A stretch of DNA of 64,000 nt from Felis catus (lineage: Eukaryota). This document shows positions 37,187 through 48,965 of this stretch, piece after piece. Location: the NCBI RefSeq assembly GCF_018350175.1, contig NC_058368.1:144958001-145022000 (forward strand), read 5' to 3'. The notes beneath the pieces were generated by a model. It saw nothing but the letters and a program-made list of their open reading frames with translations, was not told where the DNA came from and made no database searches. The first letter of the stretch is position 1; every line of letters begins with the position of its first letter. The position numbers and the translations under genes were made by a program.

Positions 37187-37982
37187 TTGGCCAACAGACA
37201 CATGAAAAGATGCTCAACGTTGCTCCTCATCAGGGAAATACAAATCAAAACCACACTCAGATATCACCTCACGCCAGTCAGAGTGGCTAAAATGAACAAA
37301 ACAGGAGACTATAGATGCTGGAGAGGATGTGGAGAAACGGAAACCCTCTTGCACTGTTGGTGGGAATGCAAACTGGGGCAGCCACTCTGGAAAACAGTGT
37401 GGAGGTTCCTCAAAAAATTAAAAATAGACCTACCCTATGACCCAGCAGTAGCACTGCTAGGAATTTACCCAAGGAATACAGGAGTACTGATGCATAGGGG
37501 CACTTGTGCATCAATGTTTACAGCAGCACTCTCAACAATAGCTAAATTATGGAAAGAGCCTAAATGTCCATCAACTGATGAATGGATAAAGAAATTGTGG
37601 TTTATATACACAATGGAATACTACATGGCAATGAAAAAGAATGAAATATGGCCTTTTGTAGCAACATGGATGGAACTGGAGAGTGTTATGCTAAGTAAAA
37701 TAAGTCATACAGAGAAGGACAGATTCCATATGTTTTCACTCCTATGTGGATCCTGAGAAAGTTAACAGAAGACCATGGGGGAGGGGAAGAAAAAAAATGG
37801 TTAGAGAGTGACGGAGACAAAACATAAGAGACTCCTAAAAACTGAGAACAAACTGAGGGTTTATGGGGGGTGGGAGGGAGGGGTGGGTGGGTGATGGGTA
37901 TTGAGGAGGGCACCTGTTGGGATGAGCACTGGGTGTTGTCTGGAAACCAATTTGACAATAAATTTCATAATGTAAAAAAAAA
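37187..37982 (+). mobile_element. Nested young L1_Fc 3' fragment (~0.8 kb) with open ORF2 C-terminus
   Basis: Open frame to 37756 including CCHC knuckle [19 protein letters not shown]-rich 3'UTR, A tail; TSD aaagttaccatcatg/aaagttgccatcatg. Confidence 0.95.
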
Positions 37983-39832
37983 AAAGTTGCCATCATGCAA
38001 GACGAATAAATCTAGAGATCTGCTATATAACATAGCCCCTATAGTTACTGATACAGTATTGTGCATGTAACAATTTGTTGAGAGTAGGCAGATCTCATGT
38101 TAAATTTTCTTACTAACAAAGGGACACAAGGAAACTTTTGAAGGTGAGGTATATGTTTATTACCTTAACTGCAGTGATCAAAGGTGTATGCATATGTCCA
38201 AATTAATTAAATTTTATATATTAAATATGTTCAGTTTTTTTGTATATTCATTTTACCTAAATGAAGTTATAGGCTTATTTATATATATTAAATATATATA
38301 TTTTTTTCATGTACACATACCTGCACTCACATATATGGAGAGGGAAGTCCCTGCAACTACTTCTAATATTAATAATATAATTGGTGTTATAATTATAATC
38401 AAACATAGTGGCTCAATTAATATTTTTTTGCTCATTAGTAAAATGAATTAATGCCAGAGTTCTTTAAAATTAAATCTTCCAGTTATCTAAAGTCAGGTGA
38501 ATTTTGTAACTTTTCATTCAGAGAAAGCAAACCTTTGAGTAATGATACTTAATTATTTTTGTAAATTACTCTAACATAATCAGAGACATTAACAAGATCA
38601 CATTACACCAGCAATCAGTCTACAAAGAAATGACCTAAGTACATTGACCACTCAAGAGAGAGGCTGTGTGTGGATGTACAGGTATGTACATTGTTCCCTG
38701 TACAGGGCACCTGGCTGAGAAAGCGGAAGAGCCTGGAAATTGTACCCACTTCACTAGTTTTCCCACAGGGTAACCCACAGAAAATGTAAAGTAAAATATT
38801 ATTAAAAAATCTTTCAAAAATATTACATTGCCCATCATTAAAGCATCTCAATGTACTACTATTGGAGGAAAGTCTCAGGTAGAATCTTAAAGTCAGAATT
38901 AACCTTAGGTCATTGCCTTACCAATTCCCCCTAAAGAAATCTATCATATTTGGACATATCCATGCCCATAAACAGACCATTAAGTTGTTCCATGTTATAA
39001 GCCAAATTATATCACCCTGAAAATTCTGTCCTTTGCAGTTATTGCTCTTATACATGATAATCCTAAAGGACTTGTGAAGACAGCTATCATATGTTTTTCT
39101 CCTCTTCTTCACTGCAAATCAGTTCAGTTCCTTTCATTCATTATTATAAGACATATTTCGATGCAGTGGCTACTCCGGAGAGTTCCTACACGGAACAAGC
39201 TAGAGGACTTAGGTTTCTTTTGTAGAGCAAACATACCCGTTTCTACTTAGCTTTTATATAACACGATTTTTGTCTTCTTATTAGTTGTCCAATTATACCA
39301 AAGATAGATAATGGCATTCACTTGGTTTCTGCCACAAATTAAGCTTTGAGGCATTGGCTTGTGGATTTTAAACAAACTTTGTTGATTTTATTTTTTTCTT
39401 TAATTTCTTTTTTTGGTGAGGGATGGCTTTAGTGAGGCTTTAGGGTAGAAGTGCAGAGAGCAAAAATACATTTTGGAGCTGTCTAATAGCATCTGGGCTA
39501 GTTTCCTTAAAAGGCCATTCCACAAAGAAATCAAAACAAACAAAAACAAATTAGCGTGGAACTAATCCTTCTTACAACACTGACCTACTATGTTGTATTT
39601 AACTCACAATGATTGAAAACTCTGTTATATTTTCCCTAACAAGCTGCTGTCTACTTACGTCTCTAGATGTGTGTACCTTTCATTTTTTAACTTAAATATA
39701 AACTTGGTTTTATTTATGTAACTAATGTTGAATTACGTATTTTTTAAAAAGTAAAATACAAGTTCAATTAGGTAGATGAAAGACTCAGTTTCTTTTTTAA
39801 AGATAAAGGTAAATAAAGTGAACTAAAATATA

Positions 39833-40061
39833 TTTTAAAAATTTTTTAACGTTTTTATTTTATTTTTGTGAAAGGGAGACAGAAAGACAGAGCATCAGCG
39901 GGGGAGGGGCAGAGAGACAGAGAGGAAAACAGAATCTGAAGCAGGTCCCAGGTTCTGAGCTGTCAGCACAGAGCCCAAGGCCAGGCTCGAACTTGTGAAC
40001 CCTGAGACTATGACCTGACTCAAAGTCTGACACTTAACCGACTGAGCCATTCAGGCGCCCC
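39833..40061 (-). mobile_element. Can-SINE
   Basis: Reverse head ending caggcgcccc. Confidence 0.95.
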
Positions 40062-40929
40062 ATAAATTAAAATATTCAATAATAGTATCTGTAAGGAAGT
40101 CCTACAAGTAGAATATTCCCTATTTTCCTGGCTGTCTTTTCCTATTAGAGCTCTAACAAACTAAAAGGGACTTAAATTTTAATAACATTACAAATGAAAA
40201 ATGCCTTCAGAAAAAAAATGTGAACTTAGTTTTCAAATGGTCATGACAATTTTTCTAATTTAAAGTAAACTTTTGCACTTTTCTGTGCTTTCTAACTCTC
40301 CCACCCCAATAAAACTGAGGAGTTGCATAATAAAAAATAAATTTTTTCAATTAAAAAAATAATAGAAAAACATCAATTTGGGAAAATCAACTACAAATCT
40401 CTGCACATAATATCACTTGAGACATTTTAAGAAAAATGTATTCAATTTCTCACATCATTTTGATGGCTCAGTACATATGTACTTTCTAAAGGATATTAAT
40501 TAATGGGTTTTCAGGAAAATACTGAATCACCAATTAACCTGAAAATAAATCTGGGTAACTATAGACATGTTTTGAGTTTATAGTAACATTTTAGAGGCTC
40601 GAGGACAAGTATTGAGGAGTAAATCTGTTCTGGTTTCTAATGCCAGTGAATTCCTTTGTGGCAACTTTTAAACCACAGGAATTATCCCATTTGGAGACTA
40701 TAATTCTCTTATAAGATGTGCTTTCCAATTAAAAACCACATCACAGGAAGGCATGTCAGTAAACATTATGGCACCATGGATGAATCTAGGAGGAAGATTT
40801 AAATGGTCATTAAGAAGGCAGCTTATTTACATTAGATTTACAAATTTACAAATAAATTCTAGCAGTAAAGGAATGGCCTATTATAGTAAAGAATATAGCA
40901 AAAGCTTCAGATGAACTGTAGGCTCAATG

Positions 40930-41060
40930 TATTTTAGAGCTGAAAAGGAACTTCAGAGTTCATATAAGAGATACGTAGAAATATCTTCATTTTATAGAAG
41001 TAAAGTGACTTGTCCAAGATCACAGCCATAAGTGGAAATTGGACTTCTACACTTTTCCTC
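40930..41060 (-). mobile_element. MIR3/MIR fragment
   Basis: ttagagctgaaaaggaac…cattttataga…gtgacttgtccaagatcacagc. Confidence 0.7.
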
Positions 41061-41456
41061 TTTTAATTTGCCTCATCTCTAGTAAATATAAAACAACATC
41101 CTAACAAGACAATACCACCATCATAGACTGTCACATAGTTGCTTTTCAGTATATGAATGCAACATATACACTATTATCATCCCTGTCACCTCTATGACCT
41201 GGTAGCCTGTGTCCCCAAGAATAAGGAACAAGACAAATAGCCATAATGACAGCCTCTTCCTCCCACTCCCCAAGAAATAAAGGCGCCTTCAAAGGTCAAT
41301 CATTTAATTAATAAAAAAAAATTTTTTTAAGTACAGTCTTGTACTTCATGGACATCTACCTGGCATATGTAAAACAGACTGCTCTGAGTAGCCTAAGAAA
41401 TTCCTTTGCTCATTAGTCCCAAACATTATAAACAAATGTATTGGAGGCCATTATTA

Positions 41457-41667
41457 TTCTTTTTTTATTCTTTATTTATTTTTGAGAGAGAGACAGAGTG
41501 TGAGCCGGGGAGGAGCAGAGAAAGAGAGGATGACACAGAATCCGAAGCAGGCTCCAGGCTCCGAGCTGTCAGCACAGAGCCCAATGCAGGGCTCGAATCC
41601 ATGAACCACGAGATCATGACCTGAGCCAAGTTGGACGCTCAACCGACTGAGCCACCCAAGTCACCTC
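41457..41667 (-). mobile_element. Can-SINE
   Basis: Full reverse SINE. Confidence 0.95.
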
Positions 41668-41738
41668 TATTGTAGGACTAATACTAGTAAGATTATCAAA
41701 AGATTGTTTCCAAAAGCATTCTTATAAATATTTTAGTA

Positions 41739-41946
41739 TTTTTTTAATGTTTATTTACTTTTGAAAGAGAGAGATACAGAGCACAAACGGGACGGGCAGA
41801 GAGAGTGGGAGGGACAGAATCTGAATCAGGCTCCAGGCTCTGAGCTGTCAGCACAGAGCCCAACGTGGGGATCAAATTCATGAACTGTGAGATCATGACC
41901 CGAGCTGAAGACAGACACCTAACTGACTGAGCCAACTAGGAACCCC
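41739..41946 (-). mobile_element. Can-SINE
   Basis: TSD taaatattttagtat/taaatgttttaatat. Confidence 0.95.
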
Positions 41947-42089
41947 TTAAATGTTTTAATATGTAATTACCTTTACCAAAAGCTAGACTGAATACTTTAC
42001 TAATACCTGCAATGCTTGGATTCTCATCTAGAAGATAAAGGCATATTCCCTGACTCCAAAATCTGGGGGCTAAGGAGCTTTTTCAGACT

Positions 42090-42571
42090 TACAACTTCTA
42101 AACATAAATGTGTCAATGCCACGTCCCACAAACTTGCACCATGGAATATCTTACATTTTTGAGGGAAACCCAAGAATACTCAATGTATGTTAAATATTAT
42201 GTGAACTAGTAGCGTAAGCCAGTTCCCATTTCTGACATTAGACTGTATGAAAATCAGTGTGAAACAGGATATGAGGGTGGTGGTATCCAATCTGATGCCA
42301 AGATTTGAAAAGTTGTACAGTGCCTAACAGGTGCTCAGATCCTGTAAGTAATTATGATTATTTTAAAAAGAAATTAAAATACCTTTTTCCTTTTAATTTA
42401 TGTCTATTTTTTAATGGCTATTAAATTATTAGATCATAAACACTTATTTAGTTGTTTGGACCTAACTATATAACAGAACTGTTATGGTTTTGTTTATTTT
42501 TGCCAAAGGGCTGCATAAAGAAATAACCAAGATACTTGGATCTGTAAACTGAGCCAGTTTTAGAACCTCTG
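42090..42571 (+). mobile_element. Charlie4a-like hAT DNA transposon fossil
   Basis: aaaatcagtgtgaaacaggatatgagggtgg…tccaatctgat, agttgtttggacctaact, terminal …agaacctctg. Confidence 0.75.
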
Positions 42572-42774
42572 TGTTAATGTTAAAGGGAGATATATATACA
42601 CTGAATGGCTTAAAGGTTACATAAAAACTTGGTAATAAAATTTAAAAAGCTAGAATCCCTAATCATATGGGATTAGGGATAATACACAATTATAGATATG
42701 CCTGAAATTATAAATCATGGACTCACTATTATCATGGATTTAGTTAGGTGGCATATGTACTTTGTAATACAAAG

Positions 42775-42998
42775 CACTGATTCAGACTGTGGTTTCTAGA
42801 GTTAAACAGCCTTAGGTTCAAAACCAATTTGCCATATATTAACCGTGCACACTGGCTCTTTAAATCCGTTTCCTCATATGTAATAATGGGAAGAACAATT
42901 AGTTGCTTTATATTAAGTACTACAAAGGTTAAATAAAATAATGCATGAAAACCATACCTGGCACATAAGTGCTCAGTAAAGTACTAGCTATCATTATC
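42775..42998 (+). mobile_element. MIR
   Basis: gtttcctcatatgtaa…cctggcacataagtgctcagtaaa. Confidence 0.85.
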
Positions 42999-43734
42999 AC
43001 ACTCATCATCATTATTAAAATATACTCTTTGGAGAGCTGCACTTCCAGATTAACAAACTAGGTACTCTAGACCAATCCTACCAAAAGCATGCCTTAAAAA
43101 GTTGGATAGAATATTAAAAAAAAAATCTTTTAAGGCACCAGAGGCTAGTGAGGTAGTAAACAAATCATGATTAGGAAAGGAAGTCAACTCAGAGAGACAC
43201 TTGAAGGCAATTTTGTGCTCAAGGCTTCTGTCAACATCAAAAACATGGTTGAGAGGCCAAAAAGGAGAGCAGAGTTTTTAATAAATTTCTAGTGCTGGGG
43301 CATAAAAATTAACATTCAAAGCCTATCAAGGAGAATATAAAACTTGGCATGGGTTAGGAACTCAAAGGATTATACCCTGCAGTAAGAAGTATAAATCTAG
43401 ATACAGATCATCACTCACAGGAGATAAAGCCATATGAAATCATTTCACTCCATTGGTTGGTTTACAATGATCTGGAATTGGTAGTGCCCCTAAACTTGCT
43501 GCGTGCCAGAAGGAAAAATAAATCTTCTTTGAAATATCATTGAAGATTCTCAAGTTTTCTATACTATTTTTCAATATACAGCATATAGGACACAATAAAA
43601 AAAAAACACCCAGGTATATAAGAAGACAATAATACTAAGTATCTGGAAACCAAGAAAAACAAAACAGAAACCAGATCAACTATGGATTCAGAAAATGGGG
43701 ATTTCAGATGTGGGCTTAAAAACTATTTTGCTCC

Positions 43735-43930
43735 AGGTGCCTAGGTGGCTCAGTCACTTAAGCATCTGACTCTGCATTTCAGCTTAGGTCATGATCTCAA
43801 GTTTGTGACTTTAAGCCCAGTACTGGGCTCTGTGCTGACACCACAGAGGCTGCTTGGGATTCCCTCTCTTTCCACCCACCCCCCTGCCCCTCCCTGGCTT
43901 GCACTGTATCTCAGAATAAATAAACATTAA
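43735..43930 (+). mobile_element. Can-SINE
   Basis: TSD aactattttgct. Confidence 0.93.
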
Positions 43931-44062
43931 AAACAACTATTTTGCTTAATGTGACCAATAAATTAAGCAACAATATTGAGGACATCAGCAAAAAGGAGGA
44001 ATAAAAACATCTAAAAAATACAGGACTAAAAATACAATCACTGAATTTAAGAATTTATGGAT

Positions 44063-44250
44063 GAGGTGCCTGGGTAGCTCAGTCAAGTAAGCATCAGACT
44101 TCGGCTCAGGTCATGATCTTGCCGTTTGTGAGTTCAAGCTCTGCATCAGGCTCTGTAGTGACAGTGTGGAGCCTGCTTGAAATTCTGTCTCTCCCTCTCC
44201 CTCTACCCCTCCTACCCTCAAAATAAATAAATAAACTTTTTTTTTTTTAA
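44063..44250 (+). mobile_element. Can-SINE
   Basis: TSD aagaattta(g)tgga. Confidence 0.93.
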
Positions 44251-44262
44251 AGAATTTAGTGG

Positions 44263-44487
44263 AGGGGCACCCAGGTGGCTCAGTTGGTTGAGCGTCCAAC
44301 TTTGGCTCAAGTCATGATCTCACGACTCATGAGTTGGAGCCCTGCGTTGAGCTCTGTGGTGCCAGCACAGAGCCTGGAGCCTGCTTTGGATTCTGTGTCT
44401 TTTGTCTCTCTCTGCCCCTCCCCCACTCGTCTTCTCTCTCTTTCTCTCTCTCTCAAAAATAAATATTTTTAAAAATTAAAAAAAAAT
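44263..44487 (+). mobile_element. Can-SINE, head-to-tail with the previous copy
   Basis: tagtgga on both sides. Confidence 0.95.
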
Positions 44488-45061
44488 AGTGGATGGGCTA
44501 TTTTGCTTAATAGTTTGCAACAGCTGAAAAAAATTAGTGAACCATAAACTAGGTGAGAAGAAAATATCCAAACTAAAATATGGAAGAAAGAAAAGAGTAA
44601 AAGTGGTATTTGGTATAGGGTAAAATATCTAGCATACAGGAATGTGGAGCCCCAGAATGAAAGGATTAAAAAAATAGAGGTAGAAGCAGTATATGGGGAT
44701 GCAACTGGTGAAAAAGTTCCAAAAGTGATTAAAGACATTAAGCCCCAGATTTAAAAAGCACTACAAACTTCAAACAGGGGAAATACAAAGAAAAAAACAG
44801 CTAATAATAAACAATAGCTAATAGTAAAAACTGATAAAAACAATTAAACCAATAAAAAACGATGAAAACAAAAGTAGAACACTTCTAAAAGCAGCCAGAA
44901 ATAAAACAAGGTGCAAGGATACTGACTGCAGAAATCTAAAGATGAACAATGAAAGCCAGAATATACTCCAATGATATCTATAACACACTGAAAGAAAACT
45001 GTCAACCTAGAAATCCATACCCAGCAAAAACAGTCTTCATAAGAAAAGGTGAAATAGATAT

Positions 45062-45270
45062 TTTTTAATGTTTCATGTATTTTTGAGAGAACGAGAGACT
45101 GAAAGCAAGCAAGGGAGGGACAGAGAGAAAGGGAGACACAGAATCTGAAGTAAGCTCCAGACTCCAAACTGTCAGCATAGAGCCCAAGGTGGCACTCAAA
45201 ATCATGAACTGCAAAATCATGACCTGAGCCGAAGTCAGACATTTAATCAACTGAGCCAGTCAGGTGTCCC
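45062..45270 (-). mobile_element. Can-SINE
   Basis: TSD aaatagata/aaatagaca. Confidence 0.93.
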
Positions 45271-45865
45271 AAAATAGACATTTCTCAAGCAAACAAAAAC
45301 TAAAAGAATATATCACCAGTATATCCACACAAAGTATAATATACTAACGACAGCATACTCTTTAGCAGAAAGAAAATGCTTCAAGAAGAAAGCTCAGATG
45401 CAGTAAGGAATGTCTTCTATAAAAACAGTGATAATAGTGATGTTTACTGGAGTTTAAGATATGTATAAAATTAGATACACAACAACATTTGAATTGGGGG
45501 AAGGGATTGTTAAATGTAATAAAGTGAAAGATTCTTTCACAGCCCAGGAAGTTGTAATAATACTACTTAATATCATACTTTAATAAATCCAAGATAGACA
45601 GTGTAGACTTTTGGGTAACCATGAAAAGAAAAAGGTGAAGACTTAAATATAACAAGCTAATGATAGGAAGTAGGAGAAGAAATGCCATAAGAAAAACTAA
45701 TCAAACTGAAATAAAACAAGCAAAAAAAGAACAAGTAACAAAATGGCCAGAATGAAAAGAAAATAGTAACATGGTAGATTTAAACTCAAATATTACATTA
45801 AATATAAATAAATACTCTGGTTAAAATAAAAAATTATAAAAGTAGATCTTTTAATGATCCAACTA

Positions 45866-46170
45866 CAGTTGACCCTTGAATAACACAAGTTTGAACTGCA
45901 TGGATCCACTTACATGCAGATTTTTACAGTACAGTACTGTAAATGTATTTCTTCTTATGATTTTTAATACTTTTTCTCTAAGCTTTATCATAAGAATACA
46001 GTAAATATTACATATACAAAATCTGTGTTAATTTACTATTTATGTTATTATCAGGCTTCTGGTAAACAACAGACTATTAGTCCTAACTATTAGTAGTCAA
46101 ATATTGGGGGGATCAAAAGTTACATGCAGATTTTCAACTATGGGGGGGAGGGTTACTCAAGGGTCAACTG
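45866..46170. mobile_element. Tigger2-derived MITE (Tigger2a_Car-like)
   Basis: Perfect 14-bp TIR CAGTTGACCCTTGA; TA TSD on both sides. Confidence 0.92.
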
Positions 46171-46224
46171 TATATGTAAATAGTAAGAAACAAGTCTTAA
46201 ATATAAGGATACAGAAAATTTGAA

Positions 46225-46437
46225 TTTTTTTTTTCAACATTTATTTATTTTTGGGACAGAGAGAGACAGAGCATGAATGGGGGAGGGGCAGAGAGAGAGG
46301 GAGACACAGAATCGGAAACAGGCTCCAGGCTCGGAGCCATCAGCCCAGAGCCTGACGTGGGGCTCGAACTCCCGGACCGCGAGATCGTGACCTGGCTGAA
46401 GTTGGACGCTTAACCGACTGCGCCACCCAGGCGCCCC
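46225..46437 (-). mobile_element. Young Can-SINE
   Basis: Perfect 18-bp TSD ggatacagaaaatttgaa. Confidence 0.97.
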
Positions 46438-46914
46438 GGATACAGAAAATTTGAAAGTAAAAAGAAAAAAAAATATATTAAGTAGATGTTAACCAAAAAA
46501 AAAAACAAAAAAAAAAAAACTGGTGTAATACCAGAGAAAGTAGAGTTTAAGGCAAAATATAAAAGCTGATAAGAGATAAAGCACTGGTAAAAGGAGAATT
46601 TGTGCAAGAATTCTACTTCTTTGCATTCTTGTCAATTCAATGCAGATACCACATACCTTCACATCAGACCTGAGATGCTAGAGATGCTTCAGTTCAGTTT
46701 TCCATATGGAGATAAAAAGAAGACACTGAGATTTTTCTTCAAAAAAGAAAAAAAAAAAAAAAAGAAAAAAGAAAAAAAGAGGGAACAGAGGTTTTCTCTT
46801 TAAAAACTCTCCAAAGAGATCACAGTATGCACAGATTCTGGTTACATCACTAATTAGTGGAGAGTTTAGTTCATATTAGCATTCAAACTCCCCAATGCCA
46901 AGTTGCATGGTCTT

Positions 46915-47113
46915 TGTTTCCCTTTCTTCTTTCTTTCCTTCTTTTCTTTCTTTCCTCTTCCTTTCTTCCTTCCTTCCTTCCTTCCTTCCTTCCTTCCTTC
47001 CTTCCTTCCTTCCTTCCTTCCTTCCTTCCTTCCTTCCTTCCTTCCTTCCTTCCCTTCATTCTTCCCTTCCTCCCTTCTTTCTTTCCTTGTCTTCCTTCTC
47101 TCTCTTTCTTTCT
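46915..47113. repeat. (CTTC)n polypyrimidine simple repeat
   Basis: Long perfect ccttccttcc core with degenerate CT flanks. Confidence 0.95.
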
Positions 47114-47143
47114 CAGCCATTTGTTATTAAAGGATAATTATGA

Positions 47144-47359
47144 GGGGCACCTGGGTGGCTCAGGTGGTTGAGTCTCTGACTTCGGCTCAGGTCATGAATT
47201 CTCAGTTTGTGAGTTCAAGCCCCACATCGGGCTCTGCACTGAAAGCTCAGAGCCTGCAGCCTGCTTCAGATTCTGTGTCTCCCTCTCTCTCTGACCCTCC
47301 CCCACTCACACTCTGTTTCTGTCTCTTAAAAATAAATAAACATTTAAAAAAATTAAAAA
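47144..47359 (+). mobile_element. Can-SINE
   Basis: Full copy; outer TSD aaggataatt/aagaataatt spans the pair. Confidence 0.95.
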
Positions 47360-47580
47360 GGGACGCCTGGGTGGCTTGGTCGGTTAAGCATCTGACTTTG
47401 GCTTAGGTCACAATCTCACAGTTTGTGGGTTTGAGCCCCGCGCCGGGCTCTGTGCAGACAGCTCAGAGCCTGGAGCCTGCTTCCTATTCTGTGTCTCATT
47501 CTCTCTCTGCCCCTCCCCCACTTGTGCTCTGTTTGTCTCTTAAAAATAAAGTTAAAAAAAATGTAAAAAATTTAAAAAAG
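47360..47580 (+). mobile_element. Can-SINE in the tail of the previous copy
   Basis: gggacgcctgggtggc head directly after the A-tail. Confidence 0.95.
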
Positions 47581-47704
47581 AGATTCTAAAAGAATAATTT
47601 TGATTCTCCACTACTCTCAAAAACTTAAAAATTCTCATGCATTTTTTCTGGACTACTTTTATATTCAAGTGAAATATTTAAGATTTATCTGCTAAAATAT
47701 CAAC

Positions 47705-47925
47705 AAGTATAGCATGTAACTCACACATAGCACTTAGGATATGTAAGGCACTATTTTATGTATCTTATAAATATTAACTCATCAAATGCTCAAAATCAGT
47801 ATTTTTGATATCCCTATTTTATCAGTGTAGACAATAAAGCACACAGAGATTAACAAGATCACACAGATAAAGAGAGACTAGGAATGGAACCTAGGCTTCA
47901 GAGTCAGTGCTTTTAAGCAACTAGA
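47705..47925 (-). mobile_element. MIR
   Basis: tatccctattttatcag…gcacacagagattaacaagatcacacag. Confidence 0.75.
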
Positions 47926-48129
47926 AGAAGTTCTTAACTGGGATTTAGGTGGGCTTTACCACAAACCAGAATTCTGACCTTGGCAAGACATTTCCCATTT
48001 CTATGTCTACTTCCCAATACACAGAAATGAGGAGTTTTATCAGACCTCTCCATATAGTTAAAAGCAGTTGTTTTAGGCTTCAATATACTTCTAATAGTCA
48101 TTTCTAGTTTTCTCCCCAAATTCCTTCCC

Positions 48130-48550
48130 CTCATAAAATTATAGAAATTTTCAATTGAACACACGTTCATATAGCTAAAGACTACATTTGCTAGCTTCTC
48201 CTGTAGCTAGATATTGCATATGACTAAGTTATGGCCAAAGGAATCTGAACATTGGTGGTATATACAACTTCCAGGTCATTCCTTTCAATGAAAAGGGTAT
48301 GCCCATTCCTATCCCTTCTTTCTTCTTTCTAGCTGACTGGAATACAACTAAAAGTGGGCCATTAGATAAAGACTGTGTTGACGCTTGGCACAGCAAGAAG
48401 AAAGGAGAAGGCTGGTTCTCTGCATTTGTGGGGCCCTCAAATTACCCCAGACATTTTTATGAGTGAAAAATGAATTTCTATCTTCTTGGGGCAGGTGGGG
48501 GCAATAGATCTCTCAAGTTCAGACACTGACCATGAATCCTACCTAACTTA
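48130..48550 (+). mobile_element. MLT1 (MaLR) LTR
   Basis: gactacatttgctagcttctcctgtagctag…atgactaagttatggccaa…caacttccagg. Confidence 0.75.
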
Positions 48551-48751
48551 GAACTGGAAAGTAAATTATCATAAAGTGGATTATGTTTTCACACAAAAAG
48601 CTATAATTAAAAAACATGTTCCTATCCATTGTCAACTTCAAAGTAAATATAAAAGTACAATGCGATATAAATTAAAAAGCCACAAAATTTAAGAAATACC
48701 ATTAAGCTCCCTTACAATACAAAGCTATGATACATTTAATATAAAAATACA

Positions 48752-48965
48752 GGGGCGCCTGGGTGGCTTAGTCAGCTGAGCTTCCAACTTCGGGTCAGGT
48801 CATGATCTCACAGTCTGTGAGTTCGAGCCCCGCATCAGGCTTTGTGCTGACAGCTCAGAGCCTGGAGCCTGCTTCAGATTCTGTGTCTCCCTCTCTCTCT
48901 GACCCTCCCCCATTCATGCTCTCTCTCTGTCTCAAAAATAAATAAACATTAAAAAATTAAAAAAA
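48752..48965 (+). mobile_element. Can-SINE
   Basis: TSD aaaaataca. Confidence 0.96.

Larger units (their letters stand above)
30340..38250 (+). mobile_element. Near full-length decayed L1 (L1MA/MB-like): 5'UTR, partly deleted ORF1, ORF2, 3'UTR; three nested insertions
   Basis: 5' gcaagatggaggaatagg; EN (NTPLSSMDRS, YRTIYPTASEYTFFSNAHG) and RT motifs (ccaggaccagatggcttcactggtgaattctacc, catgatcaagtgggatt); 3'UTR to ~38250. Confidence 0.92.
43030..46590 (+). mobile_element. Ancient L1 5' portion (5'UTR, ORF1, ORF2 start) with five SINEs and a Tigger2 nested
   Basis: ORF1-like motifs (aactgtcaacctagaaatccatacccagcaaaa, aaaactaaaagaatatatcaccag); ORF2 start near 45780-46590. Confidence 0.75.

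Noticed and set aside
37136..37756. Longest ORF (206 aa) as a host gene
   Set aside because: It is the L1 ORF2 C-terminus of a 5'-truncated L1_Fc insert, with an N-terminus borrowed by chance from the host L1 3'UTR.
38674..38707. Steroid-receptor (GRE/ARE) element from TGTACA/TGTTCC half-sites
   Set aside because: Spacers are 1 or 4 nt rather than the canonical 3.
46857..47171. ORFs with (PSFL)n or (KEGR)n repeats
   Set aside because: Artefacts of the (CTTC)n microsatellite.
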